Part shown: in pieces, positions 46,437 through 55,249 of the stretch
How positions within the stretch are numbered: position 1 is the stretch's first letter
Layout of the letters: every line of letters begins with the position of its first letter
Origin: Phycisphaeraceae bacterium
GTDB lineage: Bacteria > Planctomycetota > Phycisphaerae > Phycisphaerales > UBA1924
DNA length: 64,000 nucleotides
Assembly (NCBI GenBank): GCA_026126305.1
Contig: JAHCJI010000012.1
Coordinates: 13,303 to 77,302, forward strand
Reading direction: 5' to 3'
Translations under genes and position numbers: made by a program
Notes under the pieces: generated by a model
What the model was told of the DNA's origin: nothing
Databases searched by the model: none
What the model saw: only the letters and a program-made list of their open reading frames with translations

Positions 46437-46711
46437 CGTTCTCTCCCCGTGTTTGTTCCTGTGCATCTGCAAATTTGAGAAAGCAGCTATCAGTACGCCC
46501 GAGCACGCAAGGCTGTTGCACTCGATGGGCTTTGAGAGCAGAGGGCAACCTCGCAAATGGATGCGGTATATGTATGGGCCTTGGGCCATCCCGATGGAGT
46601 ACCCGGCGCTGCCTGCGTCCCGGTGCATGCAAAGAATCATGTGATGCGAACTAAAGCCGTCCGATTGTCCATTTCAGATCGTCCGATTGGTGCGCCCTTG
46701 GACCTGTTGGC

Positions 46712-48406
46712 ATGAGCCATGACGACGTGACCATTTTCCTGCTTGGGCTGGCGGTGCTGCTGGGGGCGGCTCGGCTGATGGGGGAGATTGCCCGACGGTT
46801 GAATCAGCCCGCGGTGGTTGGGGAGATCATCGCGGGGGTGCTGCTTGGGCCCACGGTGCTTGGGATGGTCTGGCCTGCGGGTCAGGCGACGATGTTCCCG
46901 CAGGACGGGCCCGTGGCGGTGGCGATGAGCGGGCTGACGATACTGTCGATCTGCCTGTTCTTGCTGGTGGCGGGGATGGAGATCGACCTTTCTTCGGTCT
47001 TGCGGCGGGGCAAGTCGGTGGCGCTGGTTGCGTTGGCGGGGATCGTGGCACCGATGCTGCTGGGCGGGATCCCGGCATGGATAGCGCCGCAGTGGTTTGG
47101 CGCGGGTGAGGTTTCGCCTTTGCTGTTCGCGGCGTTCGTGGGGACGGCGATGGCCATCACGGCGTTGCCCGTGATCGCCAAGATCCTGATGGACCTGAAG
47201 CTTTTCCAGACGGATATGGCCGTGACGATCATCGCGGCGGCGATCTTGAACGATTTGGCTGGGTGGATGATCTTCGCGTTCATCTTGAGTCTGATCGGGA
47301 TCGGCGCGGTTGGTTTTTCTCCGCTGGTGACCATCGCGATGACCCTGGGCTTCGTTGGGTTCATGCTGACCATCGGCCGCGCGTGGATCAACCGTTCGCT
47401 GCCGTGGATCTTGGCACACAGCCAGTGGCCGTCCGGGGTGCTGGTGTACGCGAGCGTGCTGGCATTGTTTGCGGCGGCCTGCACGGAGTTTATCGGTGTC
47501 CACGCGATCTTTGGGGCCTTCCTGCTGGGCGTGGCGCTGGGCGACTCTCCGCACTTGCGTCGGCAGACGCGCTCGACGATTGAGCAGTTCGTGACTTCGA
47601 TTTTCGCGCCAATCTTTTTCGCGGGGATCGGTTTGAAGGCGAACTTTGCCGAGCATTTTGACGTGGTGCTGGTGCTGGTGGTCCTGGGGATCGCGACGCT
47701 GGGGAAGGTGGGGGCGTGCTGGATCGCCGCACGGCTGTCGGGCTTTGAGCGGCGTGACGCCTGGGCGGTTGGTGTTGGGATGAACGCTCGCGGGGCGATG
47801 GAGATCGTGCTGGGGTTGCTGGCGCTCGAGGCGGGGCTGATCCATGAGCGTCTGTTCGTCGCTTTGGTAGTGATGGCGGTGGTGACGAGCGCGACGAGCG
47901 GGATGGTGATGCAGCGGATCTATGGGCGCAAGCGTGCCGCGGCGTTTCACAAGTTTGTCAGCACCAGGTCGTTTGTGGCCGATCTGCCTCGGGGCGATCC
48001 GGCCGGAGCGATTGCGCAGTTGGCCCAGACAGTTGCGAGTGAGGCTGGGATCGATCCTGCGGGGGTCGTGGAGAAACTCACGCGGCACGGGCGTGCGAGC
48101 GCGATGGGCAATGGGATCGCGCTGCCGCACACGCGCGTCGCGGGGCTTTCTCGGCCCGTTGTCGGTGTGGGGATCTCACGACATGGCCTGGACTTTGATG
48201 CGGCGGACGGGCAGCCGGTGTGGGTGATCGTGGCGGTGTTGTCTCCCGAGGACGAGCCTGCGATGCACCTTGGCGTGCTCTCGAGTGTGGCCGAGGCGTT
48301 TTCCAGCCCGCAGGCGGCGGCGCGTCTGGCGGCGAGCGTGTCGACGCTGACCGAACTGCGAGCGTTTTTGAACATCGCTACTTCGGAGGAGGCTGGCGAT
48401 GGTTGA
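46712..48406 (+). CDS. cation:proton antiporter (CPA2/Kef-like) fused to a C-terminal PTS EIIA(Ntr/Fru)-type domain
   Basis: About 11 transmembrane helices beginning LLGLAVLLGAARLMGEIARRLNQPAVVGEIIAGVLLGP. The C-terminus has GIALPHTRV...VWVIVAVLSPEDEPAMHLGVLS, typical of EIIA type 2. Confidence 0.85.
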   Translation: MSHDDVTIFLLGLAVLLGAARLMGEIARRLNQPAVVGEIIAGVLLGPTVLGMVWPAGQATMFPQDGPVAVAMSGLTILSICLFLLVAGMEIDLSSVLRRGKSVALVALAGIVAPMLLGGIPAWIAPQWFGAGEVSPLLFAAFVGTAMAITALPVIAKILMDLKLFQTDMAVTIIAAAILNDLAGWMIFAFILSLIGIGAVGFSPLVTIAMTLGFVGFMLTIGRAWINRSLPWILAHSQWPSGVLVYASVLALFAAACTEFIGVHAIFGAFLLGVALGDSPHLRRQTRSTIEQFVTSIFAPIFFAGIGLKANFAEHFDVVLVLVVLGIATLGKVGACWIAARLSGFERRDAWAVGVGMNARGAMEIVLGLLALEAGLIHERLFVALVVMAVVTSATSGMVMQRIYGRKRAAAFHKFVSTRSFVADLPRGDPAGAIAQLAQTVASEAGIDPAGVVEKLTRHGRASAMGNGIALPHTRVAGLSRPVVGVGISRHGLDFDAADGQPVWVIVAVLSPEDEPAMHLGVLSSVAEAFSSPQAAARLAASVSTLTELRAFLNIATSEEAGDG

Positions 48407-48519
48407 GTGTTGGGGTGGCATCATAAGTTGCCCGAGGACGTATTCGGTTGCGTATCGGTTCGGTGTTCGTGGGTGCGTTTTGCTGGCGTGTCACTTCGCG
48501 TGCAGACAGCCCGCCAAGA

Positions 48520-50064
48520 ATGGGGCCTATGCCTGACTGCGAGCGGATTGTACTTGATGGTTCGCCTCTGACGATTGCCCGGGTGGCTTGTGTTGCCCGG
48601 GGGAAGGGGGAGGTGTCGCTCTCGCCTGAGGTCGTGGAGCGGCTGGCGGTGATGCGGAGCAAGGTTGGTGCTTTGACGGCCGATGGGAGGGCGTATTACG
48701 GGATCAACACGGGGTTTGGGTCTCTGGCCCGAACACGGATCGAAGCCTCGCAGTTGCGTGAACTCCAGGCGAATCTGATCCGCAGCCATGCCGCGGGGGT
48801 TGGGCAGCCCTTGGGGGCTGATGTCGTGCGGGCGATGATGCTGTTGTTGGCGGCATCGCTTTCGCGTGGGGCATCGGGCGTGCGTCCCGTGGTTGTGGAG
48901 ACGATCATCTCGTGGCTGAACAAGGGCCTGACGCCGCTGGTGCCTTCGCTGGGTTCGGTGGGGGCCAGTGGTGACCTGGCACCTTTGGCACACGTAGCGC
49001 TGGCCTTGATGGGCGAGTGGCCGACGCTTGACGGGCGGACGCCTGCGGATGCTGGCATCGCGCCATTGGCGCTGGAGGCCAAGGAGGGTCTTGCACTGAT
49101 CAACGGCACGCACCTGATGGCCGGGTGGGCGTCGCTGATTTTGACGGACTATGCCGACCTGTGGGGCGCGGCGTTGGTTGCCACTGCGATGTCGATCGAC
49201 GCGTTTCGCGCGAGTGACTCGTACCTGGACGCGCGAGCGCACGCGGTTCGGTTCGGAGCATCGACCGCATCGGTTGCTGGCCGACTTCGCGTGTTGCTGG
49301 AGGGCAGCGAGATCCTGCCCAGCCACAAGACCAATGATCCGCGGGTGCAGGATCCGTATTCGTTCCGCTGCTCGCCTTATGTGCTGGAGGCGGTGGATGA
49401 TCTTGTGGCGTATGTGTGTCGATCGGTGGTGCGAGAGTTGGGTGCGGTGACGGACAACCCCTTGCTGTTTGAGCGGGGCGATGGCCTGGACGTTGTGAGC
49501 GCGGGGAATTTTCATGGGATGCCGATTGCGATCCCGCTGGATGCGCTGACGATCGGTGTGTCGCATCTGGCAGGCATCAGCGAGCGGCGCGTGTTTGCCA
49601 TCCTGGCGGCCAGCGACCCTGAGACGCATCTGCTTCCGTATCTCTCGCATGGGCCCGGTCTGCACAGCGGTCTGATGATTGCGCAGTACACGGCGGCCGC
49701 GTTGGTAAACGAGATCGCGGGTCTCTCGAGCCCGGCGAGCGTGATTAATTTACCCACGAGCGCCGGGATCGAGGATTACAACAGTTTCGGGCCGCGCGGG
49801 GCGGCGAAGGCGTCGCGGGCCATTGAGCTGGCCCAGATGGTGGTGGCAATCGAGTTGATCTGTGCGGCCGAGGGCGTGGAGTTTCACCGGCCTTTGAAGT
49901 CTGGCCGTGCTGTGGAAGGGGCTATCGCCCGGATCCGTTCGGTGGTGCCGCCGTTTGCCGAGGACCGCCCGCCGGCCCCCGCGATCGAAGCGGTCACGTC
50001 GCTGATCCGCAGCGGTGTGTTCGGGAATTTCCTTGGCTCGCACGCGGCCTTGGCGGGCGAATAA
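48520..50064 (+). CDS. hutH: histidine ammonia-lyase
   Basis: GSVGASGDLAPLAH (MIO-forming ASG), YGINTGFG and NLIRSHAAG. The start could be ATG 48520 or 48529. Confidence 0.95.
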   Translation: MGPMPDCERIVLDGSPLTIARVACVARGKGEVSLSPEVVERLAVMRSKVGALTADGRAYYGINTGFGSLARTRIEASQLRELQANLIRSHAAGVGQPLGADVVRAMMLLLAASLSRGASGVRPVVVETIISWLNKGLTPLVPSLGSVGASGDLAPLAHVALALMGEWPTLDGRTPADAGIAPLALEAKEGLALINGTHLMAGWASLILTDYADLWGAALVATAMSIDAFRASDSYLDARAHAVRFGASTASVAGRLRVLLEGSEILPSHKTNDPRVQDPYSFRCSPYVLEAVDDLVAYVCRSVVRELGAVTDNPLLFERGDGLDVVSAGNFHGMPIAIPLDALTIGVSHLAGISERRVFAILAASDPETHLLPYLSHGPGLHSGLMIAQYTAAALVNEIAGLSSPASVINLPTSAGIEDYNSFGPRGAAKASRAIELAQMVVAIELICAAEGVEFHRPLKSGRAVEGAIARIRSVVPPFAEDRPPAPAIEAVTSLIRSGVFGNFLGSHAALAGE

Positions 50065-50070
50065 TCGGAC

Positions 50071-51807
50071 ATGGCCACCACCACTACCTCTGCATCTCCC
50101 GCCCCCGCCACTATCCGCGCGCCGCGTGGGAACACGCTGACCTGCAAGACCTGGCAGGCCGAGGCGGCGATGCGGATGCTCATGAACAACCTGGACCCCG
50201 AGGTGGCCGAGCGGCCCGAGGACCTGGTGGTCTACGGGGGGCGTGGGAAGGCGGCACGGAACTGGTCGTGTTTTCATGCGATCGTCCAGACGCTTCGTCG
50301 GCTGGAAGCGGACGAGACGCTGCTTGTGCAGTCTGGCAAGCCGGTGGGCGTGGTGCGGACACACGCCGACGCGCCGCGGGTGCTGATTGCCAACAGTAAC
50401 CTTGTGCCGCACTGGGCCACGCAGGAGCACTTTGACGCGTTGGAGAAGGCCGGGCTGATGATGTTCGGCCAGATGACTGCGGGCAGTTGGATTTACATCG
50501 GGACGCAGGGGATCTTGCAGGGAACGTATGAGACCTTTGCCCAGTGCGCCCGAGACCATTTTGGCGGGACTCTTGCGGGGCGATTGTGCGTGACGGCCGG
50601 GTGCGGTGGCATGGGCGGGGCGCAGCCGCTGGCGGTGACGCTGTGTGGCGGGGTGTGCCTGATCGCGGACGTGGATGCTTCCCGGCTGCACAAGCGGGCG
50701 CAGGACCGGTATCTGGACGAGGTGGCGACCGGCGTGGATTCGGCGATCGACCTGGCGCTGGGATACATGAAGCATGGGACAGCGCGGAGCGTTGGCGTTG
50801 TCTGCAACGCCATCACGCTGCTGGAGCGGTTGATCGAGCGTGGGATCTCGGTGGACGCGCTGACGGACCAGACCAGCGCGCACGATCCGCTGGAAGGATA
50901 TTGCCCGGTCGAATACACCCTCGAGGAGGCCCGGCGGGCCCGGCAGGACGATCCGGAGGCGTACCAGCGTCTTTCGCTGGCGAGCATGGCCCGGCATGTC
51001 CGTGCGATGCTTGAGTTGCAGCGGCGCGGGGCCGTGACGTTTGACTATGGCAACAACATCCGCCAGCGGGCCCTGGACAACGGTGTGGAGAACGCCTTTG
51101 ACTTTCCGGGTTTTGTGCCGGCGTTCATCCGGCCGCAGTTCTGCCTGGGCCGCGGGCCCTTCCGGTGGGTAGCGCTCAGCGGCGACCCCATCGACATCTA
51201 CAAGACCGACCACGCGATCTTGAAACTCTTCCCTCGTGGCGAGGGGGCGTATCACGATCGGCTGCACGAGTGGGTGCTTGGCTGTCACGCGAACCCCGAC
51301 GCGCTGCTGGCGGGAGATTTTCGGAATTGTGCGCCGCGTTTTGGCTGGCAGGGGCTGCCGGCGCGGATCTGCTGGCTGGGGCTGGGCGAGCGCGACCGGG
51401 CGGGGTTGCTTTTTAACAATCTTGTGCAGGCCGGTGTGGTCAGCGCCCCGATCGTGATCGGGCGCGATCATCTCGATTGCGGCAGCGTGGCCAGCCCCAA
51501 CCGCGAGACCGAGGCGATGAAGGACGGCAGCGACGCCGTGAGTGATTGGGCCATCTTGAACTTCGCGGTCAACATCGCCAGCGGGGCCAGTTGGGCGAGC
51601 TTTCACCATGGCGGCGGCGTGGGCATCGGCTTCAGCCAGCACGCGGGTCAGGTGATCGTGGCCGACGGGACGGCGGAGGCGGCCGACCGTCTGTCCCGCG
51701 TGCTGACGAACGATCCGATGATGGGCGTGTTCAGGCACGTGGACGCGGGGTACGAGGACGCGGAGCGTTGTGCCGTGGTGCGTGGGGTGGACATCCCGAA
51801 GGTTTGA
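50071..51807 (+). CDS. hutU: urocanate hydratase
   Basis: [60 protein letters not shown] and [10 protein letters not shown]. Confidence 0.95.
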   Translation: MATTTTSASPAPATIRAPRGNTLTCKTWQAEAAMRMLMNNLDPEVAERPEDLVVYGGRGKAARNWSCFHAIVQTLRRLEADETLLVQSGKPVGVVRTHADAPRVLIANSNLVPHWATQEHFDALEKAGLMMFGQMTAGSWIYIGTQGILQGTYETFAQCARDHFGGTLAGRLCVTAGCGGMGGAQPLAVTLCGGVCLIADVDASRLHKRAQDRYLDEVATGVDSAIDLALGYMKHGTARSVGVVCNAITLLERLIERGISVDALTDQTSAHDPLEGYCPVEYTLEEARRARQDDPEAYQRLSLASMARHVRAMLELQRRGAVTFDYGNNIRQRALDNGVENAFDFPGFVPAFIRPQFCLGRGPFRWVALSGDPIDIYKTDHAILKLFPRGEGAYHDRLHEWVLGCHANPDALLAGDFRNCAPRFGWQGLPARICWLGLGERDRAGLLFNNLVQAGVVSAPIVIGRDHLDCGSVASPNRETEAMKDGSDAVSDWAILNFAVNIASGASWASFHHGGGVGIGFSQHAGQVIVADGTAEAADRLSRVLTNDPMMGVFRHVDAGYEDAERCAVVRGVDIPKV

Positions 51808-51987
51808 GATCGTTCGGGGGCTTTCGGCAGGCTGCATTCGATCGACGGGGCTTCTGCGTTCCGCGTGCCGATGGACGGACTCGATCGTGCATGTTGGTTG
51901 TGGCTGGCAATCCATCGCGACAGGTGCCACTCTGAAAAGATCTCGATTCGGCCCTGTGGCGCAGCGGTCGTTTGCAGCGTGATGGTC

Positions 51988-54546
51988 TCAGTGGGTTGCT
52001 TTTCTGATCGAGTCGAGCATGTTCTTGAGCTCTTCCTCATTCATGCCTTGCTGGTATGGCTGCATGCCGGCCTGTTCCATGCTTGCGAAGGTTGTGATCG
52101 ACTCCAAGAGGTTGGCCTGGGCTTCCTGCAATCTCGGCATCGGCTGCTCAAAATACGTTCTTGCCAACCCTTGTTGCGCCAGTCCGAGCATGGTCCACAT
52201 TCTTGAATCGCTCGGATCCACCTCGATGCACGCCTGGCAGAGTTCGATGACGCGGCGATACGTGCGTTCGGCCAGTTCGTAGTCTTTGAGTTTCAGAGCG
52301 CATTGGCCGGCGAGACCCATCGAGAGCGGCAGGCTCATGCGATACATGTGGTTTTCTGGATTGGCCGAGGTCAATTCTTCTCGCAGGGCGACCGCGCGGT
52401 TGAGATGGGTCTGGGCGTCAGCAGGATTCTCGTTGTACAGGAGGGCCATGCCGAGCTTCTCTTCGGCGACGGAGGCATCGAATCTGGCTCGGGCGTCGGC
52501 AGGACTCTCGCTGGCGATAGCCGAGAGGATGTCGCGTGCATTGCTGAAGTATTCGATCCGCTGGAGATCATCCCCCAACGCGGCGTGGAGGTCGCCCATG
52601 CGGTGGTAGACCAGAGCAAGGTCTCGCTGGGCACGTACGTCGATTGGGTTTGCCTGAGCCGCCGCCGTTCGGATAGCGAGGGATCTTTCCAGGTGGGGCA
52701 TAGCCTCGGTGCCGCGATCGGCGCGGTGCAGTGCCATGGCCAGTTCGTTGAGGGCGATGCTGTACCGCCTGAGGACGTCGGGGTCTCCATCTTGCGCTAA
52801 TCTTTGCGAAGCATCGGCGGCTGTCCGGTAGTGCTGGATCGCATCGTTGGTTCGCCCCATGTTCAGCAATGACGATCCGATTCTTTGTGCGGCGAGCACC
52901 CGCAAGCCATCGGCCTCCTTCGAGTCGAACGGGTCGAGTTGTGTCAGTGCCGCCTGATAGTGCTCGATGGCATCGGCCGCGTCTTGCGTGCTGGTGAGTG
53001 CTTCTCCCACGGCGATCCGTGCGCGGGCCAGCGACACAAGGTTCGCGGGGTTGGGCGGGAGTTGCTGGTAGTAGCGGATGCTTTGTTCATAGCTGCTGAT
53101 GGCCGCCCTCGCGTCGCCGAGGTTTGCCCGGCGTGGGTTGCCCAGGATATCTCCGATGCGGAAGTAGCCTTCGGCCAGTTCGGCGATGAGTGTTTGATCG
53201 CTGCCGGCATCGGATGCGATCGAGTCGAGGTATCGAATTGCGGTCTGGACCAGTTCGCGACGCGCCTCGATGGCCCCCGGGAGGAACTCGATCTTGTCGT
53301 GCAGCTCGAAGAGCATCGTGTTGGCCAGGGCCCGGACCTCGCCTAACCGGCGCTCGGCCAGCCTTCGCTGGCGTTCTGCCTGGATGGCGAACGTGACGCT
53401 CACGATGGATGCCAGGAGCAAGAGCAAGGCGGTCGCCGCGCCGGTTGCGACCAGTCCCCGGCGTCGTCGGGCGAATGTCCGGAGTTGGTACATCGTCGTG
53501 GCAGGCCTTGCAAAGATGGGCTCGAGTCGCAGGGCTCTGCGGATATCTTCGGCCAGGGCGGCGGCCGATGCGTATCGCCGGGCGGGGTCTTTCTCGATCG
53601 CGGTGGCGATGATGGTTTCGACGTCGCCTCGCAGGCGTTTGTCGATGGTTCCGAGTTTTCTGGGGGAGTCGTTCTGGATGGCTCGGAGTGCCTCTGGCAT
53701 CGGCTTGGTCCGCGTGTCGATGGGCGGTACGCCACCGAGCAACTCGTATCCCACGGCACCCAGCGCATACACGTCTGCCCGCGCATCGATCGAATCGGGA
53801 TCGCCCGCTGCCTGTTCGGGCGACATGTATGCCAGCGTGCCGAGTACCTGTCCCACGACGGTCGAGTGCGTGGCACCTTGTTCCTGGCTGGCCATCCTGG
53901 CGATGCCGAAGTCCAGGATTTTTGGGTGTCCTTCGTCGTCGATCAGGATGTTTGCCGGTTTGAGGTCTCGGTGGATGACGCCCCGCTGGTGGGCGTGGTG
54001 GACGGCGCTTGCGATTTCGGCAAGGAGCGTGAGGCGTTGCTCGACCTGCGGGGCGTGCACGCGTGCGTACTCGTCCAGTGGCACGCCTTGGATGTATTCC
54101 ATGGCGAAGTACGGTGCCCCGCTGGCCTCATCGATGCCCGCTTCGTAGATCGTGGCAATGCCGGGGTGCTGCAAGCGGGCCAGGGCTGCGGCCTCGTGGA
54201 GGAACCGGCGACGCAGCGTGGGAGCAGAGGCCATGCCTCGGATGAGTTTGAGGGCGACCAATCGGCTTGGCTGCGCCTGCCTGGCCTCGTAGACGATCCC
54301 CATCGCTCCGGTGCCAATGACCCGCAAGACCTCGTACGAACCGATACGGGCCCCCGGCGGCAGGAGATCGGCTCGGATGTCGTCGTCCTGTTGGGCGTCA
54401 TGTTCCAGGAGGCTTTCGACTTCGAGTCGCAGTGCCTCGTCCTGGCCACACAGCGCGTTCAGGAGCGCGCCACGTTCGGGCTGCGGTGCGTCGCAGATCT
54501 CGAGGAATATGGCCTTGGCACGCTGGTACGTCGATGCGTCAGGCAT
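51988..54546 (-). CDS. Ser/Thr protein kinase with one transmembrane segment and C-terminal TPR repeats
   Basis: Hanks motifs GTGAMGIVYEA, VALKLI, HRDLKPANILI, DFGIA and YMSPEQ. The transmembrane segment is LVATGAATALLLLLASIVSVTFAI. TPR-like repeats follow. Confidence 0.9.
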   Translation of the reverse strand: MPDASTYQRAKAIFLEICDAPQPERGALLNALCGQDEALRLEVESLLEHDAQQDDDIRADLLPPGARIGSYEVLRVIGTGAMGIVYEARQAQPSRLVALKLIRGMASAPTLRRRFLHEAAALARLQHPGIATIYEAGIDEASGAPYFAMEYIQGVPLDEYARVHAPQVEQRLTLLAEIASAVHHAHQRGVIHRDLKPANILIDDEGHPKILDFGIARMASQEQGATHSTVVGQVLGTLAYMSPEQAAGDPDSIDARADVYALGAVGYELLGGVPPIDTRTKPMPEALRAIQNDSPRKLGTIDKRLRGDVETIIATAIEKDPARRYASAAALAEDIRRALRLEPIFARPATTMYQLRTFARRRRGLVATGAATALLLLLASIVSVTFAIQAERQRRLAERRLGEVRALANTMLFELHDKIEFLPGAIEARRELVQTAIRYLDSIASDAGSDQTLIAELAEGYFRIGDILGNPRRANLGDARAAISSYEQSIRYYQQLPPNPANLVSLARARIAVGEALTSTQDAADAIEHYQAALTQLDPFDSKEADGLRVLAAQRIGSSLLNMGRTNDAIQHYRTAADASQRLAQDGDPDVLRRYSIALNELAMALHRADRGTEAMPHLERSLAIRTAAAQANPIDVRAQRDLALVYHRMGDLHAALGDDLQRIEYFSNARDILSAIASESPADARARFDASVAEEKLGMALLYNENPADAQTHLNRAVALREELTSANPENHMYRMSLPLSMGLAGQCALKLKDYELAERTYRRVIELCQACIEVDPSDSRMWTMLGLAQQGLARTYFEQPMPRLQEAQANLLESITTFASMEQAGMQPYQQGMNEEELKNMLDSIRKATH

Positions 54547-55150
54547 CGTTTAGCTCGGTGTTGGATCTGGCCAGGGTGCGTCGCAGGAATGCTTTGGCGC
54601 TCCGCCAATCGCCTCGCACAGTTCGTTCGCTCACGCCCAGGACCGAAGCGACTTGCTGCTCGGTCAGGCCGCCGTAGAAGCGCAGGCATACGACCCGTGC
54701 GGCGCGCTGGTCGAGCCTGGACAGCTGCTCCAGTGCCTCGTCAAACTCCAACGGGTCCATGCTGGCCTTGTCGGTGGCCAGCGCGGTTCCATCCAGGGTC
54801 ACCCGCTGCCAATCGCCTCCGCGTTTTGCCCGGCCTCGGCGTTTTGCCTCGTCTGCGATGACGCGTCGGACCATTTCCGCGCCGATTGCAAAGAAGTGGG
54901 TCCGGCCGCTCCAGTCGACCCTGGTCTGGTCGGCCAGCCTGAGGTACGCCTCGTGGACGATGGCGGTGGGCTGGCATGTCCAGTCCGCTCGAAGCCCGCC
55001 CTTGCCCGGATCGCCGAGTTTGCTGGCCGCCAGCCGACGGAGGTTGTCATAGACCAAAGGCGCCAGTTCCCTTGCGGCCGAAGCGTCCCCGCTGGCGGCC
55101 CGGAACAGCAGTGTTGTGGCATGGTCTTGGTCCGATGCTTCGATCTTCAT
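54539..55150 (-). CDS. ECF-type RNA polymerase sigma factor (kinase-associated class)
   Basis: LVYDNLRRLA, TAIVHEAYLRL (region 2) and VVCLRFYGGLTEQQVASVLGVSERTVRGDW (region 4 HTH). The 3' end overlaps the kinase start by 8 nt. Only the last 203 codons of the 988-aa track ORF are real. Confidence 0.9.
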   Translation of the reverse strand: MKIEASDQDHATTLLFRAASGDASAARELAPLVYDNLRRLAASKLGDPGKGGLRADWTCQPTAIVHEAYLRLADQTRVDWSGRTHFFAIGAEMVRRVIADEAKRRGRAKRGGDWQRVTLDGTALATDKASMDPLEFDEALEQLSRLDQRAARVVCLRFYGGLTEQQVASVLGVSERTVRGDWRSAKAFLRRTLARSNTELNDA

Positions 55151-55249
55151 CCTCGCTTGCCGGTCCTGTGTGGCATTGTCGCGTTTCGCGCGGGGCAATG
55201 CAAGGGTATTTGCAGATCGCCCCGATCGCACACCAAACGGAGAAGCGCC

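Noticed and set aside
49750-51930. 726-aa minus-strand ORF.
   Set aside because: It is fully antisense to hutU and the end of hutH, both of which have unambiguous motifs. The sequence is a low-complexity Arg/Pro/His-rich artefact.
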